NCBI GenBank assembly: GCA_005887995.1
Contig: VBJD01000025.1
Span: 18,386-82,385, forward strand
Reading direction: 5' to 3'
DNA length: 64,000 nt
Source of the DNA: Chloroflexota bacterium
Lineage (GTDB): Bacteria > Chloroflexota > Limnocylindria > P2-11E
Below are positions 28,796-37,145 of this stretch, one piece after another. Numbering within the stretch: the first letter of the stretch is position 1; the number at the start of each line of letters is the position of its first letter. A program made the translations under genes and the position numbers. The notes below the pieces were generated by a model. That model ran no database searches and was not told the DNA's origin. It was given only the letters and a program-made list of their open reading frames with translations.

Positions 28796-29755
28796 TTAGG
28801 AGTACCTGATCCGCGGGTCGAGCGCCGCGTACAGCACGTCGGCAAGCAGGTTGAAGGCGACCACGAGCACGGCGAAGATCATCAGCACCGCCGTCACGAC
28901 CGGCGTGTCGCCCTGGAAGATAGAGCGAACGAGGAGCTCGCCGATCCCGGGCACGTGGAAGACCTGCTCGGTCACGATCGCGCCGCCGAAGATCGCCGGG
29001 ACGCCGAGCGCGATGATCGTCACGACCGGGATGAGGCTGTTGCGCAGGACGTGACGGATCACGACGAATCGTTCGAGGAGGCCCTTCGCGCGCGCTGTGC
29101 GCACGTAGTCGAGTGGCAGATGCTCGAGCATCTCTGCCCGGATGTAGCGCGTGAGCACGGCGGCCTCGAAGAAGCCGAGGACGGCGATGGGCATGATCGA
29201 CTGGCGGAGCTGCGCCACGAGCGAGCCGAAGTCGTTGATCTTGAGGTTCGAGTCGTACACGAATGGCAGCCAGTGCAATTTCACGCTGAAGATGATGATG
29301 AGGACGAGTCCGGTGAAGAAGGTCGGCACGGAGAAACCGAAGTACGCGAAGGTCGAGAACACGTGGTCGGCGATGGAGTTGCGCCTGACCGCGGAGAAGA
29401 CGCCGATCGGCAGCGCGATGAGGAAGCCGACGATGTAGGCGACGCCGACGACGGCGAGGGTGTTCGGAAGGCGCTGGAGGAGCAGCTCGATGACCGGCGA
29501 GTGACTCATGAACGAGTAGCCGAAGTTTCCGGTGGCCATGCCCTGGATCCACTTGAGGTATCGGATCGGCCACGGTTGATCGAGGCCGAGTGCATGGCGG
29601 ATCTGATCGCGCGCCTCCGGCGGGATCCGCGGGTCGGCGCCGAACTGCGAGAGCGGGTCGATCGGGGCGAGCGCGAGGATGGCGTACATAACGAAGCTGA
29701 TGGCAAGGAGGGTCGGTACCGCGATGAGGAGGCGTCGCGCGATGTAGCGGCCCAC
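28796..29755 (-). CDS. oppB: Peptide/nickel ABC transporter permease (OppB/DppB)
   Basis: YIARRLL, DYVRTARAKGL, HVLRN and DVLYAALDPRIR motifs. Confidence 0.93.
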   Translation of the reverse strand: MGRYIARRLLIAVPTLLAISFVMYAILALAPIDPLSQFGADPRIPPEARDQIRHALGLDQPWPIRYLKWIQGMATGNFGYSFMSHSPVIELLLQRLPNTLAVVGVAYIVGFLIALPIGVFSAVRRNSIADHVFSTFAYFGFSVPTFFTGLVLIIIFSVKLHWLPFVYDSNLKINDFGSLVAQLRQSIMPIAVLGFFEAAVLTRYIRAEMLEHLPLDYVRTARAKGLLERFVVIRHVLRNSLIPVVTIIALGVPAIFGGAIVTEQVFHVPGIGELLVRSIFQGDTPVVTAVLMIFAVLVVAFNLLADVLYAALDPRIRYS

Positions 29756-29787
29756 GTCCTACCTCGTCATGCCGACGGTCCGCCGCT

Positions 29788-29815
29788 GGCGGCGCGGCCG
29801 GTTGGCCGCGCCGCC
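29788..29815 (-). promoter_or_regulatory. Stem-loop after the SBP gene (mRNA stabiliser or partial terminator)
   Basis: Perfect 12-bp GGCGGCGCGGCC-GGTT-GGCCGCGCCGCC between oppA and oppB. Confidence 0.55.
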
Positions 29816-29834
29816 GGGGCGACGAACTCGCGCG

Positions 29835-31595
29835 TTACTTGGTCCAGTCCGCGATGTTCCACATCTCCGAGTCCCACGGCGTCGGGTCGACGCCCTTGAG
29901 GCTCTTCGACACGCCAGAGGTCGCGAAGGTCCGGTTGACGAGCGGGATGACGACCACGTCCGTGAGGAGCAGGTCGTTCGCCTTCGTCGCGAGGTCGTTC
30001 CGCTTGTTCTGATCGGTCTCAGTGCGGAGCGAGGCCACGATCGCGTCGAAGTCCTTGTTGCAGTAGCGGTGGTAGTTACCGAAGTTCCAGTTGTTCGCCT
30101 TGGCGGTCACCTGCGCGCACGTCCAGCCGTTGAAGTAGGACGTCGGGTCAGGGTCGCCAGAGTTGGTGAACATCTCGACGTCGGTCCAGAAGTGGTTCGC
30201 GCCGTCGGGTGAGGTGTTCGTGAAGAAGACACCGGCGTCGACCGACTTCAGGGTGACCTTGAAGCCGACCTGCTCCCAGTTCTGCTTCATCACGTTCTGC
30301 ACGTTCTGGCGCACGGCGTTCACCGTGGTCGAGTACGTGATCTCGAGCTTGATGGGGCCCTTGGCGCGGACGCCGTCACTGCCCTTGACCCAGCCGGCGC
30401 TGTCGAGCTCCTTGTTCGCCGCCGCGACGTCGAACTTGCAGACATCGAAGCTCGCGCTCGCCTTCGAGTTCATGGGCTCGGGTGCCGTGAGGATGTTGCA
30501 GGTCGGCTTGCCGGTGAGTCCGTCACCGTAGAAGCGCGTGGCGACCGTGCCGCGGTCGCTCGCCATCGCGAGCGCGCGGCGCACGGCCTTGTCGCTGAAG
30601 AACGGGTGCTTCGTGTCCGGCTCACCGCGCCTGTCGCCCAGCGACGGGCTCGGGTCGCTGAAGTTCACGAGGATGCGCTCGACGCTCGATCCGTACACGG
30701 TCACGAGGTTCGCGAGCGTCGACTGCTGCGCCATCGGGCGGAGGACCGTCGCGTCGACCTGAAGGTTCCAGGCGTAGTCCGCCTCGCCCGTCTGGAACGA
30801 AGCACGTGCGGACGCCTGCGCGTCGCCGCCGCCCTTGAAGGTCACGCTCTTGAAGTACGGCTTCTTCGCGTCCCGGTAGTTCTCGTTCATGACGTAGGTG
30901 ACGGTGTCACCAGGCTTGAACGTGTCCACCTTGTAGGGACCCGTGCCGATCGGCTTCTGGTCGGCGGTGCAGTTCTTCGCCGCCGCGCCGACGCAGCTCG
31001 TGTACTGCTTTTCCTGGAGGATGAGCGAGCCGCCGCCCACGCCCCACTGGTAGTAGAACGGCTGCGACTCTGTGTAGGTCACGACGACCGTCGTGTCGTC
31101 CTTCGCCTCGACCGACTTGACGTTGTCGCAGCGGTCGAATGTCGAGGCCGCCGTCTCCTTCGTGCACTGGTACTTGTAGGTGAACGCCACGTCCTTCGCC
31201 GTGAACGGCGTACCGTCGGACCACTTCACACCGGAGCGGAGCTTCCACGTGACCGTCTTGAAGTCCTTGGTCACACCGTTGTTCGCCGGCGTCGGGATCT
31301 CAGCCGCGAGGCCGTTCGCGACGGGAAGGCCGTCCTTGCCGAACGAGGCCATCGGCTCCATGACCAAACGCGTCGCGTCGGCGTCCTTCGTGCCCGTCGC
31401 CTGATGCGCGTTGAGGATCGTTGGCGCCTGCCAGTAAAGGATCTTGAGATCGCCACCTTGGCCTCGGGTCGTTGCCGCTGTCGTCGCGCTGGCCCCGCCC
31501 GCCGATGGCGATGCCCCGGACGGACCGGGCTGGCCGCACGCGGCGACGAGCATGGCGACACCGAATCCCGCAATCGCTCGCCTGTAGTGCATCAC
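29835..31595 (-). CDS. oppA: Peptide ABC transporter substrate-binding lipoprotein (family 5)
   Basis: Lipobox VAAC; KLRSGVKWSDGTPFTAKDV, IGTGPYK and VRRALAMA motifs. Confidence 0.93.
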   Translation of the reverse strand: MMHYRRAIAGFGVAMLVAACGQPGPSGASPSAGGASATTAATTRGQGGDLKILYWQAPTILNAHQATGTKDADATRLVMEPMASFGKDGLPVANGLAAEIPTPANNGVTKDFKTVTWKLRSGVKWSDGTPFTAKDVAFTYKYQCTKETAASTFDRCDNVKSVEAKDDTTVVVTYTESQPFYYQWGVGGGSLILQEKQYTSCVGAAAKNCTADQKPIGTGPYKVDTFKPGDTVTYVMNENYRDAKKPYFKSVTFKGGGDAQASARASFQTGEADYAWNLQVDATVLRPMAQQSTLANLVTVYGSSVERILVNFSDPSPSLGDRRGEPDTKHPFFSDKAVRRALAMASDRGTVATRFYGDGLTGKPTCNILTAPEPMNSKASASFDVCKFDVAAANKELDSAGWVKGSDGVRAKGPIKLEITYSTTVNAVRQNVQNVMKQNWEQVGFKVTLKSVDAGVFFTNTSPDGANHFWTDVEMFTNSGDPDPTSYFNGWTCAQVTAKANNWNFGNYHRYCNKDFDAIVASLRTETDQNKRNDLATKANDLLLTDVVVIPLVNRTFATSGVSKSLKGVDPTPWDSEMWNIADWTK

Positions 31596-31723
31596 GCCTT
31601 TGCTTACCTCCCACGCTTTCCCGCGGCCAGTTCCGCCATACGGGAGACCGGCCTGCGAATCTTGGAAGCCTAGTTGCGCGCCACCGGTCCTATCAAGTCG
31701 GTACCGGCGCGGCGAGGCGAGGT

Positions 31724-34168
31724 TCAGGAGCGGAGGGAGGCTCCCAGGCCCCTTTCGAGACGTCCTTGGATGCGCTTCAGGGCCTTTTCCACGTCTTCTT
31801 CCGACAAAGTGCCGGTCGCTGAGCGGAGCACGACTCGGACAGCAAAGCTCTTCTTCCCCGCCCCGACTTGGGGTCCGCGATAGAGATCGCGAAGCGCGAC
31901 CGACTCGGCGACGCCCTTTGCCGCCTCAGTGATGGCCTGCTCGACCTCGCCGTACGGCCGAGCCTCATCGACGACGATCGCGATCTCGCGGATCGCGGCC
32001 GGGTAGCGCGACGGCATGACGGCGGACGGGTGCGCCGGTGTCTCGGACAAGAGATGCGCGAGCTCGAACTCCGCGACGAAGGTCGCGTGTTCCGGGAGCT
32101 CCCACATCGCCGCGACACGCGGATCGAGCTGGCCACCGACGGCGACGACGCGTCCATCGCTCTCGATGCGAAGCGAGCGCCCCGGATGCAGACCCGGACC
32201 GCCCCGCTGGAGCGCCCCCTTGACCGGGCCCGCGCCGACGGCATCGCGCAGGCCGATGGTGATGCCACGGAGATCGTGCAGGTCCCACGAGCGCGGTGAT
32301 GTGAGCCACGTCTCGCCCTCGTGCACCGGCTCGGCCTGACCCGCGAGGAGGATGCCGACCGTCCAGCGCTCCTCGGGCAGCTCCGCCTTGCGCGGCAGGT
32401 ACACCGGAGAGATCTCGAAGAACCCAACGCCTTCGCGATGGCGGAGGTTGCGCGACGCCGTGTCGAGCAGGCTCGCGCGGAGCGTCGGCCGCATGACCGA
32501 TTGCGACACGGTCGTCGGGTTGGTGATGCGCAGCGGCTCTGGCGCGAGAGGCGATCCGTCGGCGGTGAGCTTTGTGAGCCAGGCCGGGTCGATCGCGGCG
32601 TAGGAGATCGTGTCCTGCAGACCGAAGCCGACGAGCACGTCACGAACGCGCTCGCGGAACACGTCGAGCGGATGACGTTCGTGCGCGGGGAGGGGACCGA
32701 ATGGCAGGCGCGTCGGGATGCGGTCGTAGCCGACGATCCGTGCCACCTCCTCGACGATGTCCTCAGCGATCCCGATGTCGGTGCGGAAGGCCGGCGCGTA
32801 CGTGTCGATGGTGTCATCGGCGACCTGGACGTCGAATCCGAGACGCCGCAGCGCATCCGCCGATTCCGCGCTCGCGATCGACGCGCCGAGCACGCGCGGG
32901 ACGTCGCTCCCGCGAAGGCGCACGTGCGCCCGATCGCGCGGATGCGGATAGACGTCGGTCGAGCCGATGAGCCGCCCGCCGGCGTGCTCGCCCATGAGGG
33001 ATACCGCGCGCGCGAGCGCGAGTGATACGAGCGCCGGCGAGAGGTCGAGCCCGAAACGCCGCGCCGCGGCACTCCCGCTCGAGCCCTGCAGACCGTGCGC
33101 GTCCGAGGAGCGGCGGATGCCGAGGGGCTCGAACGACGCGGCCTCGAGCGCGACGGTCGTCGTATTGGGACGGATCTCGCTGTCCTCGCCGCCCATGACG
33201 CCTGCGAGACCGAGCGCGCGTTCGCCGTCGGCGATCACGAGATCCTCGGGCCGGAGTGCGCGGTCCTTGCTGTCGAGCGTGCGGAGCCTCTCACCACGCT
33301 TCGCCTTGCGCGCGACGAGCACGCGGCCGCGCAGCATCGTCGCGTCGTAGGCGTGCAGCGGCTGCCCGATCTCGAGCATCACGTAGTTCGTGATGTCGAC
33401 GATGTTCGTGATGGGACGCATGCCCGCAGCGACGAGGCGGCGCTGCATCCAGTCCGGTGATGGTTCGATGCGGATCCCCTCGAGGTAGGCCGCCGCGAAG
33501 CGCGGGCACGCGCGGTCGTCCTCGATTCGTATGGTGAGCAGGCTCGGGTCAAGCTTGCCCGGCAACTCGGCGGCTCGTGGTTCGGTGAGCTTGACGTTGT
33601 AGAGCGCGGCGACCTCACGGGCGATGCCGAGGATCGAGAGGGCGTCCGGACGGTTCGGCGCGATCTCCATGACGATGACCGCATCACCGATCGCGTCTTG
33701 GAGCAGTACGCCGACGGTGAGGGACTTCGCGAGCTGCATGATGCCGTCGTGGTCCTCGCCGAGGCCGAGCTCTTTGGCGGAGAGGATCATCCCCTCGCTG
33801 GTGATGCCGCGCATGTTCTTCGGCTTCATCACGACGCGTTCGCCGGTGTGTCCGTCGACGTACTCGGCGCCGAGCTCGCCGTAGGGGACGACGTCGCCGG
33901 CGGCGATGTTCGTCGCGCCGGTCACGACGGTCTTCGGCTGGGCCGCGCCGAACTCTACCGTCGCGAGCTGCAACTTGTCGGCGTTCGGATGCTTCTCGAG
34001 CTTTTGGATGCGGGCGACGCGCACCTTGTCGCCCCACGCGCCGCCGACGCGCTCGACGCGGTCGACCTCCATGCCGGCCATGTGCAGGCGCGCCGCGATC
34101 TCATCAACGGTCGCCGGGGCCTGCACGTACTCGCGCAGCCAGGAGTACGGGACCCGCAGGCTCGGCAT
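31724..34168 (-). CDS. pheT: Phenylalanine--tRNA ligase beta subunit
   Basis: HPNADKL, PNRPD.LS..GIARE, NIVDITNYVMLE.GQPLHAYD, EEVARIVGY and an FDX-ACB C-terminus. Confidence 0.98.
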   Translation of the reverse strand: MPSLRVPYSWLREYVQAPATVDEIAARLHMAGMEVDRVERVGGAWGDKVRVARIQKLEKHPNADKLQLATVEFGAAQPKTVVTGATNIAAGDVVPYGELGAEYVDGHTGERVVMKPKNMRGITSEGMILSAKELGLGEDHDGIMQLAKSLTVGVLLQDAIGDAVIVMEIAPNRPDALSILGIAREVAALYNVKLTEPRAAELPGKLDPSLLTIRIEDDRACPRFAAAYLEGIRIEPSPDWMQRRLVAAGMRPITNIVDITNYVMLEIGQPLHAYDATMLRGRVLVARKAKRGERLRTLDSKDRALRPEDLVIADGERALGLAGVMGGEDSEIRPNTTTVALEAASFEPLGIRRSSDAHGLQGSSGSAAARRFGLDLSPALVSLALARAVSLMGEHAGGRLIGSTDVYPHPRDRAHVRLRGSDVPRVLGASIASAESADALRRLGFDVQVADDTIDTYAPAFRTDIGIAEDIVEEVARIVGYDRIPTRLPFGPLPAHERHPLDVFRERVRDVLVGFGLQDTISYAAIDPAWLTKLTADGSPLAPEPLRITNPTTVSQSVMRPTLRASLLDTASRNLRHREGVGFFEISPVYLPRKAELPEERWTVGILLAGQAEPVHEGETWLTSPRSWDLHDLRGITIGLRDAVGAGPVKGALQRGGPGLHPGRSLRIESDGRVVAVGGQLDPRVAAMWELPEHATFVAEFELAHLLSETPAHPSAVMPSRYPAAIREIAIVVDEARPYGEVEQAITEAAKGVAESVALRDLYRGPQVGAGKKSFAVRVVLRSATGTLSEEDVEKALKRIQGRLERGLGASLRS

Positions 34169-34296
34169 CAGACCGCTCCCAATCTCTGGCCTTCGGCCAG
34201 AGACCGCTCAAGACTGGTGGACTCGCTCCTCGCAGCACGCTCGCTTCGCTCGCTGACAGGGGCCCCTCCCCCTGACTGCCTCGTCGCTCGACTCAT
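34168..34296 (-). repeat. Intergenic cassette, copy D, with a 42-codon coupling mini-ORF
   Basis: ATG 34296 overlaps the pheS TGA; TGA 34168 overlaps the pheT ATG; contains hairpin TCTCTGGCC-GAA-GGCCAGAGA and GCGAGCGAAGCGAGCG. Confidence 0.75.
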
Positions 34297-35360
34297 ACCG
34301 ACTCCAAGTAGCGCATGTCGTTCTCGTGGAAGAGGCGGATGTCGGGGGTGCCGGTGAGGAGCATCGCGAGACGCTCGACGCCGCCGCCGAATGCGAACCC
34401 CTGGTACTTGGACGGGTCGTAGTCGACGCGCCGCAGCGCCTCGGGGTGCACCATGCCGCATCCCGCGGCCTCGATCCAGCCGGAGCCGCCGCACGTCGCG
34501 CAACGTCCCTTGTTCGTCGTGCCGCTGCCGTCGCACACGAAGCAGTCGAACGCGATCTCCGCCGACGGCTCGGTGAACGGGAAATAATCCGGACGGAAGC
34601 GGACCTTCCGCTCGCCCCCGAACAGCTGGCGCGCGAATGAATAGAGGACGCCCTTGAGGTCGGCCATCGAGATCTGCTCGTCGATCGCGAGGCCCTCGTA
34701 CTGGAAGAAGATGCTCTCGTGCGTCGCGTCGGTCGCCTCGAACCGATAGCAGCGTCCTGGGACGACGACGCGCACCGGCGGCTTCCGCTTCTCCATCACG
34801 CGGATCTGCATCGGTGAGGTGTGCGGGCGCAAGCCGACGCGTCGATCGGTCGGGTCGCCGAGCGGGTTCGCGATCCAGAATGAGTTGAACTTGTCGCGCG
34901 CGGGGTGATCGCGCGGGATGTTGAGCGCCTCGAAGCTGTAGTAGTCGTACTCCACTTCGGGGCCCTCGACCGACTCGAAGCCCATCGACCCGAGGATGCG
35001 CGTGATCTCGCGGATCGTTCGCGCGATGGGATGCATGTGCCCGACGCGAACGCGGCGTGGCGGCAGCGTGAGGTCAGCCGTCTCGGAGAGGCTCTTTGCG
35101 ATCGCGCCCTCGCGCAGCGCGCGGCCGCGCTCCTCGAGCGCTGACTCGACGCGCTGTTTCGCCTCGTTGACGGCCTTTCCGTACCCGGGCTTCTCCGCCG
35201 CCGGCAGCGTCGCGATCTCCTTCGTCGCGGCTGTGATGAGCCCGTCCTTGCGCGAGAGGTAGCGCACCCGCACCGCCTCGAGCGCGGCCTCGTCCGCGGC
35301 GGAGGAGATCTCCTTCACCGCTCGGTCGGCCAACCCTTTGAGGTCCGTCGCTGTCGCCAT
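34293..35360 (-). CDS. pheS: Phenylalanine--tRNA ligase alpha subunit
   Basis: GHMHP, HPARD, LRPHTSPMQIR, FRPDYFPFTEPS and GFAFGGGVERL motifs; ATG 35360 with SD GGAGG. Confidence 0.98.
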   Translation of the reverse strand: MATATDLKGLADRAVKEISSAADEAALEAVRVRYLSRKDGLITAATKEIATLPAAEKPGYGKAVNEAKQRVESALEERGRALREGAIAKSLSETADLTLPPRRVRVGHMHPIARTIREITRILGSMGFESVEGPEVEYDYYSFEALNIPRDHPARDKFNSFWIANPLGDPTDRRVGLRPHTSPMQIRVMEKRKPPVRVVVPGRCYRFEATDATHESIFFQYEGLAIDEQISMADLKGVLYSFARQLFGGERKVRFRPDYFPFTEPSAEIAFDCFVCDGSGTTNKGRCATCGGSGWIEAAGCGMVHPEALRRVDYDPSKYQGFAFGGGVERLAMLLTGTPDIRLFHENDMRYLESV

Positions 35361-35371
35361 TTCGCGCCTCC

Positions 35372-35625
35372 CAAAAGAAAAAGCCCGCTCGTCCCGTCGC
35401 TTACGCGACGCGGGACGGAGGCGGGCCTCCGCGGTACCACCCGTGTTTCCCAGGGAACGCATCCCTGGACACTTGTTGGAAGGCGCTATCGGGCCTCACC
35501 CGGGTGCGCTTTTCTGCGCACCGGCTCTGGAGCGAATTCCCGCGTCCGTTGTCGCTGCGGTCTCTCAGTCCATGGACCGCATTCCCTGTCGCGACCGCTA
35601 CCGCGGTACTGCTCTCCTTCTACGC
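35372..35625 (-). ncRNA. T-box riboswitch (Phe, specifier UUC)
   Basis: Stem I with AGTA, CAGGGA and GACTGAGA motifs and a GAA-TTC-G specifier; T-box AAACACGGGTGGTACCGCG; terminator GCCCGC...GCGGGC-TTTTTCTTTT. Confidence 0.93.
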
Positions 35626-35627
35626 CT

Positions 35628-35990
35628 TTATGAGCTTGCCTTGTCCCCCTTCACCAGATCGATGTAACGACGGAATGAGTTCGGATCCCTGACCGCCATG
35701 TCCGCGAGCACTTTCCGGTCCAGATCGACGCCGGCGGCCCGCATCGCCGCCATGAGCCGGCTGTACGAGACGCCCGCCTCGCGCGATGCGGCGTTGATAC
35801 GTGCGATCCAGAGCGCACGGAACTGCGACTTGCGCTTGCGGCGGTCGCGGAACGCGTACGTGAGCGCGTGCATCGCGGCCTCGCGGGCCGGACGGACGAG
35901 CTTGTGCTTCGTCTGGCGACGGCCTTCGGCTGCCTTCAGTAGCTTCTTGTGCTTCTTGTGTGCGGCGACGCCGCGCTTCACGCGTGCCAT
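35628..35990 (-). CDS. rplT: 50S ribosomal protein L20
   Basis: MARVKRG, RDRRKRK..FRALWIARINAA and LDRKVLADMA motifs. Confidence 0.98.
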   Translation of the reverse strand: MARVKRGVAAHKKHKKLLKAAEGRRQTKHKLVRPAREAAMHALTYAFRDRRKRKSQFRALWIARINAASREAGVSYSRLMAAMRAAGVDLDRKVLADMAVRDPNSFRRYIDLVKGDKASS

Positions 35991-36002
35991 GCGAGCTCCT
36001 CT

Positions 36003-36200
36003 TTAAAGGTTGGGAAGGAGCTTGCGGACGAGCTTGACGTCGCCTTTCGCCACGAGCGCCTTACCTTGATGCCGGCGCTTGCGCGCCGGTGACTTGTGCT
36101 GGTTCAGGTGTCCCTTGTACGCCTTCATGCGCGAGAAGTGACCCTTGCCGGTCACGCGGAAACGCTTCTTCGCACCGCTGTGGCTCTTGATCTTCGGCAC
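36003..36200 (-). CDS. rpmI: 50S ribosomal protein L35
   Basis: MPKIKSHSGAKKRFRVTGKG; GTG 36200 with SD GAGGAG. Confidence 0.97.
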   Translation of the reverse strand: MPKIKSHSGAKKRFRVTGKGHFSRMKAYKGHLNQHKSPARKRRHQGKALVAKGDVKLVRKLLPNL

Positions 36201-36234
36201 GGCGTGACCACTCCTCGCATAAATGTGAAACACG

Positions 36235-36240
36235 ATTGTA
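36235..36240 (-). promoter_or_regulatory. Internal -10 element (TACAAT) upstream of rpmI
   Basis: TACAAT in an AT-rich infC-rpmI spacer. Confidence 0.55.
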
Positions 36241-36269
36241 CGCGAGCGGGTCGCGCGCAGTCGCGTCCT

Positions 36270-37079
36270 TTACGCAGAGCGCTGCGGCGGTCGCGCTGCC
36301 GCGGGTCGCGCGGTCGTCGTGCGCGGTGCCGCGGTCGTGGTTGGCGATGCGGTCGCACTCGGCGCCGCCGGACGCGGCGCGACCGGCGTCGGACCCGATA
36401 CGGGTGCAGCGGGCGCGGCGACCGGCGGTCGAGCAGGCGCGGCAAAAGGCCGCGGCGCGGCGGCGGGAGCCGCTGGCGTGCGCGGCAGACCGGGCGCGGG
36501 TCTCGTTCCCGGCGCGGGGAGTGGCTGCTGTGGCGGCATCTGCCCGGGCGCGGGCGGCGCGCCCGCCCCGCGCAGCGGGTTCATCACCATCGACATCGAG
36601 CGGCCTTCGAGCAGCGGTGTGCGCTCCACGCTGCCGTGCTCCTTGAGGCGCTCCGCGATCTGCATTAGGAGGACGCGGCCGCGATCTGGGTGCGCGAGCT
36701 CGCGCCCGCGGAAGCGGACGGTGAGCTTCAGCTTGTCGCCATCCGCGAGGAACTTCGACGCGCTCTTGACCTTCGTCTCGATGTCGTGGTCGTCGATCTT
36801 CGGCGTGACCCGAATCTCCTTCCAGGTCACGGACTTCTGTCTTTTCTTGGCCTCTTTCGCTTCCTGCTGCTTCTCAAAGCGGTACTTCCCGAAGTCGAGG
36901 ATCTTCGCGACCGGCGGCACGGCGTTCGGCGCGATCTCGACGAGGTCGTAGCCGAGATCCTGCGCATGCGCGAGCGCGCGTTGCGTCGGCTGGACGCCAA
37001 GCTGTTCGCCGTTGGGGCCGATGAGGCGCACGGCTGGAACGCGGATCTGGTCATTGACCCGCAGTTCGGGCGCGGCTAT
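36270..37079 (-). CDS. infC: Translation initiation factor IF-3 with an AUA start and a Pro/Ala-rich tail
   Basis: ATA GCC GCG CCC GAA CTG CGG GTC AAT GAC CAG ATC (RVNDQIR motif) after GGAG; DLVEIAP..PPVAK and FRGRE motifs. Confidence 0.96.
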   Translation of the reverse strand: MAAPELRVNDQIRVPAVRLIGPNGEQLGVQPTQRALAHAQDLGYDLVEIAPNAVPPVAKILDFGKYRFEKQQEAKEAKKRQKSVTWKEIRVTPKIDDHDIETKVKSASKFLADGDKLKLTVRFRGRELAHPDRGRVLLMQIAERLKEHGSVERTPLLEGRSMSMVMNPLRGAGAPPAPGQMPPQQPLPAPGTRPAPGLPRTPAAPAAAPRPFAAPARPPVAAPAAPVSGPTPVAPRPAAPSATASPTTTAAPRTTTARPAAARPPQRSA

Positions 37080-37145
37080 CGGCGGAGCTCCGCGATCAGG
37101 AGAGGGGCGCCTCTGGCGCTCGTGAGTTCAACTCGGAAAAGGATA

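Noticed and set aside
34470..34550. CxxCxGxG...CxxCxGxG insert in PheS as a novelty
   Set aside because: A four-Cys insert at this position is common in Firmicutes- and Chloroflexota-type PheS.
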